DNA of 64,000 bases from Nymphaea colorata. Taxonomy: Eukaryota. The notes beneath the pieces are model-generated. The model made no database searches. It was not told the DNA's origin and saw only the letters and a program-made list of their open reading frames with translations. The DNA is taken from NCBI RefSeq assembly GCF_008831285.2, contig NC_045138.2, positions 3,348,001-3,412,000 of the forward strand, in the 5' to 3' direction. Made by a program: the position numbers and the translations under genes. Shown piece after piece: positions 14,720 through 27,200 of the stretch (positions within the stretch are counted from its first letter, which is position 1; every line of letters begins with the position of its first letter).

Positions 14720-17321
14720 TGGGCATGAGCGTAATTAACTATGACCTAGTGAGAGCGCGTGGCTTTATGGAGTTAGCGCTGTCAACGGGTTGGATCTGGC
14801 CCAGATCATTAAATCTGAATATTGAAAAATAAAAAAAATATAAATCAGATTGGATCTGGATTTGGATTGACCCAAATAAATCAGATCAAATCCGGATATA
14901 AGAAAAATTGGACTGAACTGGCCAGGGTTTGGCGTCTTCTCATATGTCTGTACTAACAATTCCAGACTTGGATTTTGACCCAAATGGCCCACAGAGGATA
15001 CCCATTTGATGGTTTTTGCAACCATTCTCATAAAAAAAAGTGTGCCAGTATTATACTATTATAAGCGAGAGAAAATCTTGACTAATTTTTCAAAATTTTA
15101 AATCATTTAATAAATCTTAAAAATTATAAAAGATCATAAGAATACGAAAAAATGCATATAATGGGCGCATAATACGTGTTTTTTTACGTTTTTTATTTTT
15201 TGTTATTTTAAAAAAAAAAGTGTTTTTTTCATGTTTTATACGGTTGACCTAGTTTTGACATATTATACTCTTTTTTTTTTTAATAGAACCTGCTTTTTGT
15301 GACAGTACTTTTTCTTGCAACTCAACGTCAGATCCACTTCAATATTCAAATAGGCCCATAATCGGGTCTCGGTTTCCACTACATTGGTAGTTTTTTTTCC
15401 AAAATAAGTCATTATTGTGGTTTTTTTTCTATTTTCTGCCCTCACCAGAAAAGATTGTTCTTAAATTTTCAAAAATGTGTTCATAATTTAGCTTGCGTGA
15501 ACCAATTGCATATGTAAATGTTCAACACAAAAAGGAAATTTTTTTCAAATAGTTAGCCTTTTGACTATCATGTATTCCAATAAAAAAATTAGCTTTACAT
15601 GCTTTATAAAATATCATAAAAAAATAATGTAAAATGATCATCTTTCCTTTACTATAAATATTTTAGTATCATAAAAGATTACCAACTAAATATATTACTA
15701 ACAATAAAAGATTATAAAAAAATATTTTTTCTATTCATATATTTGTTGTTTTATCTTCTATTTTAGATATGCACAAAATTATTTCCCCGCGGCTACTAAC
15801 CACTCCGCAGAAATCGAGTCCGATCCGGATTTGTATGCTGTTGGATCTGGATTAGGTTTCAGAATGACTCAACTTGGGGAAATTCGAATAAAAAATGACC
15901 GGGTCCAAGCGTATCTGTACTACATGCTGTGTAGGCCCGTTTCATTTAATTCGTGGGGCCCGCGGTGGGCCCAGCTGTTTATAGAAGCTAGTTGGAATCG
16001 GGTCCCACCTGAATAGGAGGATCAGGTAGAAGATGACACTCGTACAAGGGCGTGGGGCCCATCAGTTGCTTCCTCATTCAAGCCGGCGGGGAAGAGAGAG
16101 AGCGGAGACACATGACTATGACTGCGACGGCTTGTTGATCGTTTCAACTTTCGATTTTGGGAGGGGAGGAGGGAGAGGTAGAGGAAGAGGAAGGGGAGGA
16201 CGACTTGGAGCTCCGACGACGGCCGGCTGGTTCATCGTTTTGTTGGCGGCCTTTAGGCGCCATCGCTCTCTCTCTCGCCGCCCTTCCCCTCTCTCTCTAG
16301 CTCTCTCTTTCTCTCCCAGGTGTGCCGTGTCGTTCGAGCAGAGTTGGATGTTCGCAGGTATGGACCCTTCTGTTCTTCGACGTCCAACAAAAGAAAAGGG
16401 TCCTAATTTTAGATGGGGAGATTTTAGTTTTCCCGGTTTCCCGCCGGCTGTGTCAGCCCGTAGATGGTGGGCAATCAACGAGAAGGAAAAATTGGGAGTC
16501 TCGTCCTTGTTCTTGTTCCTTTTCATCTCCTACTTTTCCCAGTTTGGGGATTTTTCATTTTTCTCGGCGAGTGCCCGAGATATGTTGACCTGTTTTTCGA
16601 ATTCGTAACCTGAAAATTGTGGTGACGGGGAAGTGTGGGATTCCTGTTTGTGTGCTTCTTCTTTTGGATTTTGACTCTGGTTCTGATAGGATTGATGGGC
16701 TTTGATAAGAAGTCGTGTTTTCCTCTAGCCAGGTTTTGAAGTCGATGGAAATTATTTCGTGGGCTTTGGAACGCTGGAAGTTGAAAAGATTACCGGGAGG
16801 TTCATCAGATTCTGGGATTCTGCAATCCCTTGCCACTTTTGTTTTTCTTTTTCGGGGTTGAAACCTGAAATTTGATGGGATCGTTGATTTTCATTCTGCT
16901 GGGTTTGGAAACCTAAGAAATGTTGTGTTTTTTATTTTTGTTAGTTTCCTTCTATTCTAAATGGTCGGTAGCTGTGCTACCCATTGGGCAATTGTGGTTT
17001 TTGTCGATCCTTATTCTCTAGTCGTGAATAATTCTGCTTTCTCGGTTCAGCTTTTCTTCTTTTCCCGGAACTTAAGCTGAGAAACCGGTTGCAGTAATGG
17101 TTTGGTCAACTCTGCAATCGATGGTTCTAACATCCGAAGTAGATAGTTTTCCGTTTTCAGAAGAGGCTGCTTCTTTGTCTATGAGAACATAGAAAGAGAG
17201 ACGCTCCCCGGGCTTTCTCCTGTTGTTTCTCGAGGCCTTATGGATCAGGATGAATCTTGAGATTGTGGTGTTCCCACCCTTCTTTTGCTGAGAAAATAAC
17301 ATTTCTCTGTGGTTTATACAG

Positions 17322-18158
17322 ATGGGTTCCATCCCAAAGACTGTCTATTACTGCTGTGTTTCAAAAGGAACGAAAGTGCTTGCTGCATATAGCCTGGGAG
17401 ATCCACAAATTGAAAGATGGGCGGCACTGTGCTTGGAGAATGCACCCCCATTTCATGCTTGCTACTTCCAGACGGTACTGAACAGGATCTTCGCTTTTGT
17501 CATGGAAGATGAACATATTTATTTTGCAATTGCTGATGAAGGCCTAGGAAAATCAGGTGTGAAGGAATTCATGGAGCATGTTAGGGATAATTACAAGAAA
17601 GTATTGAAGAATGGTGCAAAGGGTAGTTTGCGCTTAACATCTTTCTGCATCCGTGAAGAATTAGCGCCTGTTCTCCGCCGCCTCATTTCTTCGCTGGAGA
17701 CTGTCCAGAGAGTGAATCACGACCGTTTGAAGGATCCCTTTTTAAATGAATGCACTCGTGCACATTCTGACGGTCTCTTTTATGATGGCCACATGAACGG
17801 TTTAGATGGCAAAACCAATTCACAGACGTCCACGGAGGCACCATTACTTGGAAAAGCCTGCAAGTACGAGAAGCTTTCAAAAGAGTTTGAAGAAGTGAGG
17901 GAAGAAAGGGAAGAGGCTCGAGACAAAGCAGTAGACAGAGGGCACAGGATAGATGTGGCTGATGCTAACAAGAATGGAAATGGTTCATCAGCTTTTTCTT
18001 TACAGCAGAACGCAAACTCGAGAGTTAGAACAGAGCAACTTGCTCGAAGAATGTTTTGGCGCCATGTTCGACTAGTTTTGCTCCTAGACCTGTTGGTTTG
18101 CACGATTCTGTTTGGAGTTTGGCTTGTCGTATGCAAGGGATTTACCTGTCTACGGTGA
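17322..18158 (+). CDS. Phytolongin (Phyl1-type longin-domain protein lacking a SNARE motif, C-terminal transmembrane helix)
   Basis: Single-exon 278-aa ORF starting MGSIPKTVYYCCVSKG...AALCLENAPPFH, with a TEAPLLG motif and C-terminal WRHVRLVLLLDLLVCTILFGVWLVVCKGFTC, matching recalled Phyl1.1/1.2. Probable 5'UTR intron 16358-17321 (CAG|GTATGG ... ATACAG|ATG). Confidence 0.9.
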   Translation: MGSIPKTVYYCCVSKGTKVLAAYSLGDPQIERWAALCLENAPPFHACYFQTVLNRIFAFVMEDEHIYFAIADEGLGKSGVKEFMEHVRDNYKKVLKNGAKGSLRLTSFCIREELAPVLRRLISSLETVQRVNHDRLKDPFLNECTRAHSDGLFYDGHMNGLDGKTNSQTSTEAPLLGKACKYEKLSKEFEEVREEREEARDKAVDRGHRIDVADANKNGNGSSAFSLQQNANSRVRTEQLARRMFWRHVRLVLLLDLLVCTILFGVWLVVCKGFTCLR

Positions 18159-19149
18159 CGGAAGCGGAGTTAGAAGGACGTTCGTGAAAAATCTTCATGT
18201 GCAAATGAACCTCATTTCAATGGCGCCTAGCTGTCTACTTCGGCGGAGATTTTGTCTTGTAAATATTTCTCAGATGGATTCTTAGTAGAATTCTAGGTAC
18301 AATCATCAGTTCGAATTCAGCGAGTTACATAATTTTCCTCGCCATTTCCTGTAGCAGTTTGCCGGGAGTTGCATATCACTCGCTTGCGGAGAAGAGATGA
18401 TCCACAGAAACTCAAGATGTGGAACAAACTAAAGGTAAATACAATTGCTCAGAGGCTTGTGGCTTACGTCATCGTTCTAGAGATCCTGGCACTTTTTCAT
18501 GGCTGGTGTCGTGTGAAAAGTAATTGTCAGCAAATACGTCTACATGGCCTTAAGTTTCATTTCATCATTCTTCTTTGCCACCATCAAACTACATGCACGG
18601 CCTTTTTTACTGAACAGGAGACGAAAATTCCCAGTTTTATGGCTTTACTCAAACTATTTGTTTTACCTTAGACTTGAAGATATATCATGAATGAGCCAAG
18701 GTGACGAAGTTGGCCTCCATTCCTGTGCTGAATTGGCTCCCGCGAGGAGAACATTGAGTTTGTAGTGTAGGCAGAGAAGCATGACCTTAGTTCCTCATTC
18801 TGTGATTGTTGGATGCAGGACCACACCTCTGAATCTGTTACCATTAAAGAGTTTTTACTTTTACAACAATCAATTGAAGAATCATTAAGTTTGTTTTTCT
18901 TGTGTCTATGACTATTTTGTGTTTATGGTGAATAACCACAAAAACTTGCGTGATTTGGGTCATAGGTCGGATTCTTCTTTAAGAGAGCCTAGTAGAACCT
19001 ACTAATCAAAATGTCTTTGTGGCAGCGTAGTCAATGTAAAAAGGTTCCATACTGTCTATCATCTGAGACCAACATTTTGTTCCCTTGTTTACTGTTTCCC
19101 GTTCTTTTTGCTGCCTGACTCTGGTTTTAGTGATAAGTGAAACTGAATT

Positions 19150-19560
19150 TTATGTTGAAAGCAAGGAGGTATGTCCTATCCCAATCATCCCTTGGGCATA
19201 AAACCCCTTGGAACCTTCATTTGCCTACTAGCAAAATCTCTCGATGGCAAGGGATGGACAATCCGGGTATTAAACTCTAAACTTCCTTTGGCCTGAATGC
19301 TTTAAGCCCACCAACCTAGCCGGATGCAAGCTTTCCTCGCTGCCTTAGGGGCATGAGTTCATCTTCGAACTTCATGATTCTCCTGGACACACCTGACCTG
19401 ATGTTCGTCTCTTATATCACTCTTGGCTTCATGTCGTACCTGTTATACCTATGTGAGCGTGTTCTGCACGAGGAACGAAGCTGCGCCATAGTTTCTAGGC
19501 TCTTCGTCGATGCAGCTAAAGATAACTTCCAGTTATGGTGCATCAGGTCAATGGCATGGT
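19150..19560 (-). mobile_element. Degenerate interspersed repeat, possibly a LINE 3' end; related to about 23970-24180
   Basis: On the minus strand GCTAGGTTGGTGGGCTTAAAGCATTCAGGCCAAAGGA resembles GCTAGGTGGGTTGTCTTAAGCCTCCATGTCAAAGGA near 24030-24067. The LINE identity is inferred only. Confidence 0.35.
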
Positions 19561-20859
19561 AAACAGTTAATGGCCCCTTAAAATGACAGCACACAGGAAA
19601 CTTGCCTTGGAAAGGTCCTCTTTCGTAAAGTAATTTCTTTTGTTTTTCTCACAAGTGTCAAGGTTTTCATGTGTGCAGAATTATGGTTCTTAGACATGTT
19701 TCCTTACCATTTTCTTTTCTCCTGATTGATTAAACGTGATTTCTGAATACTGTTGTTTGAAAGCCCAGTTTTTTAGCTTACTGTTGAACTGCGACTTTAG
19801 TCTGTTGTTTTGCAATTTTTTAGTAAATCGACAAACGCTGTGACACGGTATCCTGCAAATTGATGTGCACGATATTGCTACGACAGCGACCAATTTTAGC
19901 ATTTTAATGCCAAGAACTGATAATGTCGTACTCTCCAAATATCACCAGAAGAACGTCTACAGCAGAAACACCACGGTATATTTTGTAAACTTACGATTCT
20001 TCTACAATCTTTTGCATCGCCTGTATTGTAAAAGTATCTATATATCTTCTGCAAAAAAAAGCAAAGCACCATTTGTCTTATTTTGTTGTATTTTATTTTC
20101 TTACTTTTCTCCCAAAAAAAAAAAGAATGAAAGAGTGAAAACATCTGTACCTTCTTCAAGAAAAGAAAGAGAAACCTTCTGAGCAGGATCCAATGCAACA
20201 AATGGTGCGTACTTCTGAAACAATAGGGTGGCAACAAATGTTTAATAAACAAATGTAGTGACATAATTGTCGCTGTTCTTATGAAAATTTAGATTCCCTT
20301 GTACTCTTCAAAAAAAAAGTGAACATGTGGAATTAGTCTCTTATTTAATTGGTCTTTTCGCTTTTGGAAGAAGTGGACTTTGCTTCTTGCCCTTTCAGGA
20401 TCAGAAAAAACATATGTGACTGATGGTAATTGTGATTAATTGTGACCAAACGGGACAGCTTTCTCAATAAAGATAAGCTTCGAACTAGATAGCCATCTAC
20501 TTTTGGAGAAGGGGTGCCACTTTTCTGTACGATGCGTGGTAGAATTGCCAACCAATACATATCCTTGATCTATTTTTTTTTTACGAAAATAAGCATACTT
20601 TGCGGATAAAATCTATCGAAGACGCATTTTTTGTTAAAAGATTTAAAGGAAAGTTGTTAGTGTGCCTTATCAAGAATTGCTACCCGGAAACGTTTATACA
20701 ATTTGGGAGCTTAATTCCTTTTGCAATAATCTTATGCTTTTTATTTTTTGTTTAGAGAACTGTTCATAGAGACGGCACTCTGTTACCATTACTCCTATAA
20801 TTTTATCCTGAATGGTGAACCATGAAATAGGGAATGTTGTTATCTTCTGAATGCTGAAC

Positions 20860-21152
20860 CATGAAATAATTGAGTTGAGTTGAGTCATCTCGATTCCACC
20901 TGACCCATCGAACTCGAGCCCAGCTCGCTTACCTCATATATGTATGTTAACCTATCTAGCTCTTGTTAACTCGTTTAACTAATTTCACTATGATGAACCA
21001 GTTTTATGTAATGAAGCCTAACTGAGTTGAGTCAAGCTTTTAACTCATTTAACATTTGAAGCATAAATTAAATTCAAACTCGATTGTTCATCAACAATTA
21101 GAGCTAGTTTTTTTTAAACGAGTTAAAGTCAGCTCGACTCGTCGTGCAGCCT
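20860..21152. mobile_element. MITE rich in GAGCT/CTCGA motifs, related to 63049-63460
   Basis: The right end read on the minus strand, AGGCTGCACGACGAGTCGAGCT, resembles GGGCTGCTCAACGAGTCGAGCT near 63051. Confidence 0.55.
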
Positions 21153-22221
21153 TACCATGAAACTAGGACTCGAGAGAAATGAAGTAGCAGGGAGGAGGAT
21201 TAGAGTGCTGCCACGTGAGCAAGTGTCTGGCAAGGATATCAGCCAGATCAGTTTATACCCAAAACCAGACACAGTTGCAGATCCATTTAATTGGAACTAG
21301 TAAAAAAAATAGGAATCTGATTACCATACAGAACTGCGTTTGGCATATAGTTTTGCATGCAAGCTCAGATCCAAATCCAAAACATCGGCCGCTAACAAAA
21401 AAAAGGGGGACAAACGAATGCGTGCGCAGCCCTGTTAATCAGCAAGGTGAGAGAAAGCAAGTTCCCCTTCTAAATTTCTGAAAAAGATGCAAACATTATC
21501 CTTAAAGCTTCTCAAATTGACACCGAAAATAACAAGCATCATTGAATGAAGGAGCGGGAGATATTTTCCAGAAACAGCCCTCACGGATGAGCTTCTCTTG
21601 AGCTCCATAGCAAACCTCTGAGACCTTGTGACCTCATGATCGCGAATGAACTTGGATCTAGGGCAGCTAAAATAGTTTCAAGTTGAATCCGGTACAATAG
21701 AAATTGAAACAATTCTCAACCCTACTCACAATATGATGGCAAACTTCGATGACAGATCAAGGTTGTGCTCTCAAGGTGAAACGTGCGTAGATACGTCAGC
21801 GTGAGGCCCTCAATTTAGAAGGTTTAACTTTGATCAACGATGCATCTCTTGCTACAAAGGAAAAATTAGTACAAGACGCCCTTTTGGTGTGCAAGAAACG
21901 ATAGTGTACTGTTGCGTAGTGACAACTAAAGCAAGGTGGTGCAAGCACACTTACAAAGCTGCAAAGTTGCGATACATCCAAGAACACCAGCTAGTTACTT
22001 CCTATCATATGATACCAGGTCTCCAGTTCATAGAAGCAAAGCATAAAGAGATAGCTTCTACAGTGAGGCTTTAGAACCAACCTTCAGAGGATCACTGTCA
22101 TGGTTTAATGGCGCAGCATATGAAACCAGAGCACACCAGTTGTTCAGAAGGCAATTGTGTATTACATAACCACTCCAGAAACTAAAGCCCATGACTTCTG
22201 AGCAGGAAAACCAAATTGATA

Positions 22222-24194
22222 TCATCTTTCCCATTCCAAATCTGGATTTGACAAATCTAAGGAGTCTCTGGAATTTGAATGATGTGCAGACCTGGAAGGA
22301 CTTGTTAGCATTCGGTTCCCGTGGCTGCCAATCATATCCCATCCAATCATGTGTGGCAAAACATACTGCAAATTCAGGATAACTTTCTTAGTACAATGTT
22401 TTATGTAACTAGGAAATAGGAACTATCATCACCGACAAAAAAGATACAACGGACCTCTAATCAGTGCATGCCTACAGAAGCAAATGCTTTTTCTTTTGAA
22501 TTGAGGGTAGGCCCCAACCAGTGGCCATAAGTAAAATCTAATTTGAGGTCTGTAACCGAGCCAGGAGGAGAACCAGCCCAGTCACTTTACAAACATATTA
22601 TATATATATATATATATAAAGAGAAAATTTTGCCCCTGAATTTTGCCCATCTATCTGCAGACCCACTCATTTCCACTGGCAACAACTCGGATGAATCTCT
22701 CCTGCCCACCGACCAGTATGTCCATAGTCACCCTATGGAAAAAGGGGTTGCTGCAGCAGCCAACACTGCCACACCTGTCGGGTGTGCATCGAGCGGGCCT
22801 CATTTTTTGCCCATCCATCTGTACACCCATCCGTCTTTGCCAGCAACAACTCAGATGAGCCTCTCTCTCTCTCTCTCTCTGTGACAGGCAGCCGCACTCT
22901 GCGTTGCAGTATGTTGGGCAGCCACCCAATGGAAAAAAGGGATGCCACAGCCATCAAGCAGGCACCCAATTGGCAGGCTTCATTACAAGGGCGGCAAAAT
23001 TGGAACTGGAAAAGAAAAAGGGCAGCTTTCATGTAGCCCGTCCGATTAAATCAGATCAGATGGCCCAGACTATCCCATTCATCTAGAAATACTAGTCTCT
23101 CTCTTTACACACATAAGTACATATGTCCACACACACACACACACACATATATATATGTATATATATTGGCAAGGTGATGAGGGGACTCTCTCTGTCTTAG
23201 CTCATATGTGGGTCTGCCACTGGCCCCAACTACCAAGCTACATGAGGACATCAACATGAAATTGACAAGCGTATAAACATCTTGACTCCACACTTCGATA
23301 TAGACAAGTGGGAAAATGCCTTGAACATTTAGGAAAAAATGACGCTTACCAATACAGCCTCTATCAACAAATTAGCAAGGTAAAAAAAACAAAAAGTAAG
23401 TACACCATGACCATCCACTTTTACTAGCAACTAAGTCATTGCAAAAAGGAAGTTGTCAATTAAAACCAAAGATAGCGTTTCATGATTTTCTTCTTACATC
23501 ATTCTGTTTCCAAGTTGAAAACCTAATTCCCACGTGCTATTCATCCAAGAATTAGACAAAATTGATGCCTTTAACCAAAAAATGGATAGATGATAAATCA
23601 AAGTCTACGGTGCATGTTTCAACTTCTTGCATTAATATTAGTTGAAACGTCACAAATTGTAAAATCTCTTTTGACTATATTTGACAATTGTTGTGGACAA
23701 GTAGATGACCAATTAATGCTTCAAGTCGCTTATATTGTCTAAATTGATTGTTTCTAATGATCCTTGATCCAGATGTGAATAAACACAGTCCTGGCATGTA
23801 GCCTAAAGTAGGGTTATCACGCCTATGCCTGTAGGAATATCAAGGCTTGATCGTTTAGAGAGCATTTGAGTAAATCTAGAACCAATGATGAAATCAGAGT
23901 CTTGACCTAAAAGAAGCATGTTTACCATGTCCCGTCTGACAATTCTTCAGCATAAAAGCCCCTTGTATCAACTACGTTGCCAGAGGAAAGTCTCTGCCTT
24001 GTAAGGATGGAAACCGACCCAAGACGTAGACTCCTTTGACATGGAGGCTTAAGACAACCCACCTAGCAAGGTATATTAAGCTGTTCCAAATGAAGTTGGT
24101 GTGCCTTTTGCCTGATCTAATTGGCAAGAATTCAAGTGACAGCAGGTCTAAATAAATGCCCCTCATTTCAGAGTAGGTTCTGTCACAAGGGTTT

Positions 24195-24226
<32 letters not shown>

Positions 24227-27200
24227 GCCTCTTTTTCGGTCATGCAAAAGAAGCTGTAGGAAATCTTAGTAGAATTGGAAATGTTGGATTTGCTTATTTA
24301 TCATCGCTACTTCATTAAGAAGCGTGTTCGTAATTGAGTGTATCAATTCAAAATTCTCAGATTCACCTAAGCCATCAAAATTTTCATCACTTGCAAAACC
24401 CATATGAAAGCATAGAAGGACCAAATCAGGGATAGTTATTACAATGGCCTAACTGTAATATTCTGACATTTTTCAGTTGAGCGTAATTGTTGGATGCGTT
24501 TATCATCATTAATTTACCAAGAAACATGCTTTATTGAACTAGTTCAACCCAAAGAACAAACAGACGTTCTGCTTCAAGGTTTTAGTACAACCTACAGCAT
24601 TGAGATTTAACCTCTACAACACATGAAAAAATGAAACCAACCGATATATGTTTTGCTTTGGTTCAACCATCTAATCACATCAACGGTTTAAATTTAACAA
24701 AACAGTAAATTTTATCTGTATCGTACGATACGGACCCGTATTGTATGATGCAACTTGTCTGGGTGAAGAAAACCCAAAGGATACGGGTTCGATATGCAAT
24801 ATGCCTGCATATCGCACCCATATCGGGTGTATCATATGATACAGGGGGCTATATCATACAATACACACGATACACCCCGTATCTTACGATACCGGGTTAA
24901 AATTTAAAAAATGCCCGAGGTCCTTTTTTGCTTCATTATTTTAAACCGAGACCCTCTCTCCTCTCTCGAAACTTCTCTAAAGCCTATGAGAAGGAGAGAC
25001 TTTTCTGGTTTCTCCAAAAAATCACTGATTTGAGGAAGAAACCAACGATTTGATGAATTTGTGATGTAGTTTACTAAACTCTACAACACTCTAAAGTCTA
25101 AACTTGTACGTAATAGATGCTCTTTAAACTTGTGATGGATCATGAATGTTTAAATATGTTATTTTGAATCTCTTAGTCTTACTTTTCATTTTTTGAATTT
25201 GTTGTTGTTATATATGCCTATGGTTTATGAATGATGAATCATTAATGTTCTTTATATGTGATGAGTTTTTTTTATATGAAATACATTGATCTTAATTTTT
25301 CTGATTTTTGGTTATTTTTATTCATTTTTCCTTATTTTTCATGATTTTTTACTATTTTTTTAGTAGGTTTTTTAATTAAAAAATCAATTTTATGATACAT
25401 TACAATACGTTATGATAGCGTATAGGTCGGCCCAACCGATACACGATGCGATACGCTAGTGACAACATTGAAACAATAACAACAAGCAATGTTGTTAAAT
25501 GCAATGAGGTGAAATGGAACGCTAAGCCTATGAAGCAAGGCATAGCAAGGCATAAGTTTTAGGACAAAAAACTGTCAAATATATCTAAATAGGACTCAAA
25601 CCTCAAACCTCTTGTACACACAACCACACACATCTCAGCAAAATGGAGTTGCTGAAATATAGACATTTACTTGAAGTTGTACCCTAATGATACAGTCTAG
25701 TACCCCAACCTCATATTAGGGAAATGCCATTCTTACAGCTTGTTGCTTAATCAATTGTATTCCTTCCTCTTCCATGAGAGATCAAATTCCATTCTAGATA
25801 CTTTTCCCTAACAAACTTCTTTTCCAGATCTCTCCAAAAGTCTTTGGATGTGTATGCTTTATACATAAATTGGATCCTAACCATGACAACCTTGGAGCTC
25901 AAGGCATAAAATGTATCTTTCTAGGGTAACCCAAAAACCAAAAAGGATATAAATGCTATGATCCTATTACTAGAAAAAGCTTGTCAGTGCAGATGTGACA
26001 TTCTTCGAGTATGTCCCATATTACTACTTCAGCATCGAGGTTATAGGTTGATCAAAGTGATAGATTACCTCTTCATGTACCCTCATTCCCTTTGGAGCCC
26101 ATTCCATCTACATGGCTTAATGAACCTAACGAGTCTAATCCAAGTTTGCCCATAAACCCCAAAAAGTCCATTCTCCTAGATTTTGTGATCCCCACTTGTA
26201 TATGCTTGACAATCACCAACTGAGTGTGTCTCCACCACTTCTTCACCGACAGCAGGTAGTTCTGAAAGTGCAGCTGTTGATGTTGTGACTCCCAAATAAC
26301 AGGTGCAGGCTGATGTTCCAGAGAATGCAGCTTACATCCCATGTCTAATGTTGTGACTGATACCAAACTTGAGAATCATATGAAAAGGTTTATATTTGCT
26401 TTATCAGCTACTTCAGTTCCTTTAAATCATTAGCAGGCTCTATTAGAACCCTAGGGGAGATGGGCTATGCAAGAGGAGGTGGATGCATTACATGAACTAG
26501 GGACATGGGAACTAATCATACCTTCTTCAGATGGAGATATTGTGGGTTGCAAATGAGTCTTTACTATCAACATCAGATCATTTGTTATTAATTAAGAGGT
26601 AGGTAATGGAGTGGTAGTTATGGTTGTACACATAGATGATATTATATTGACAGAATGTAGCATGCGAGATATATCCAAGACAAAGGCTCATCTCAAGAAA
26701 CATTTTGTCACTAAGGACCTTGGTCCACTAAGATATTTTTTAGGTATCGAGGGTGCCAAGAGCAAGGAAGGCATTGTGTTGTCTCAACACAAGTATGTGC
26801 TGGACTTGTTGAAGGAAATAGGAATGTTAGGTGCTAAACCTACAAGTATTCCTATGGATCCCAAGAAACATTTATCTGATGGGCAGCATGAACCAGTTGA
26901 TGGTAACAATTATCGTTTATTTGTTGGTAAGCTTCTTTCAATTATCGTTTATTTGTTGGTAAGCTTCTTTATGTCACTAGACCTGATATATCACTAGCAG
27001 TCAGCAAAGTTAGTCAATTTATGCATAAACTGACTGAGGTACACTAGGGTGCAATCATGATGATTCTAAGATACTTAAAGTCTTCCTCCAGCAAAGGATC
27101 AATGCTTGATGTTGTAGCATATTCAGATGCTGATTATGCAGGTTGTATCGAAGATAGAAAGTCCACTTCTGGATTTTGTGTTTTTGTTGGGGGAAATTGG

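Noticed and set aside
16033..16608. 191-aa ORF upstream of the phytolongin
   Set aside because: Low-complexity GA/CT-rich promoter and 5'UTR sequence that runs through the probable intron donor; no recognisable domain.
21450..21658. Possible alternative last exon of WHY2 (donor near 22291, acceptor near 21659)
   Set aside because: Read-through of exon 8 already gives the conserved LEWER* end, and the alternative tail resembles nothing recognisable.
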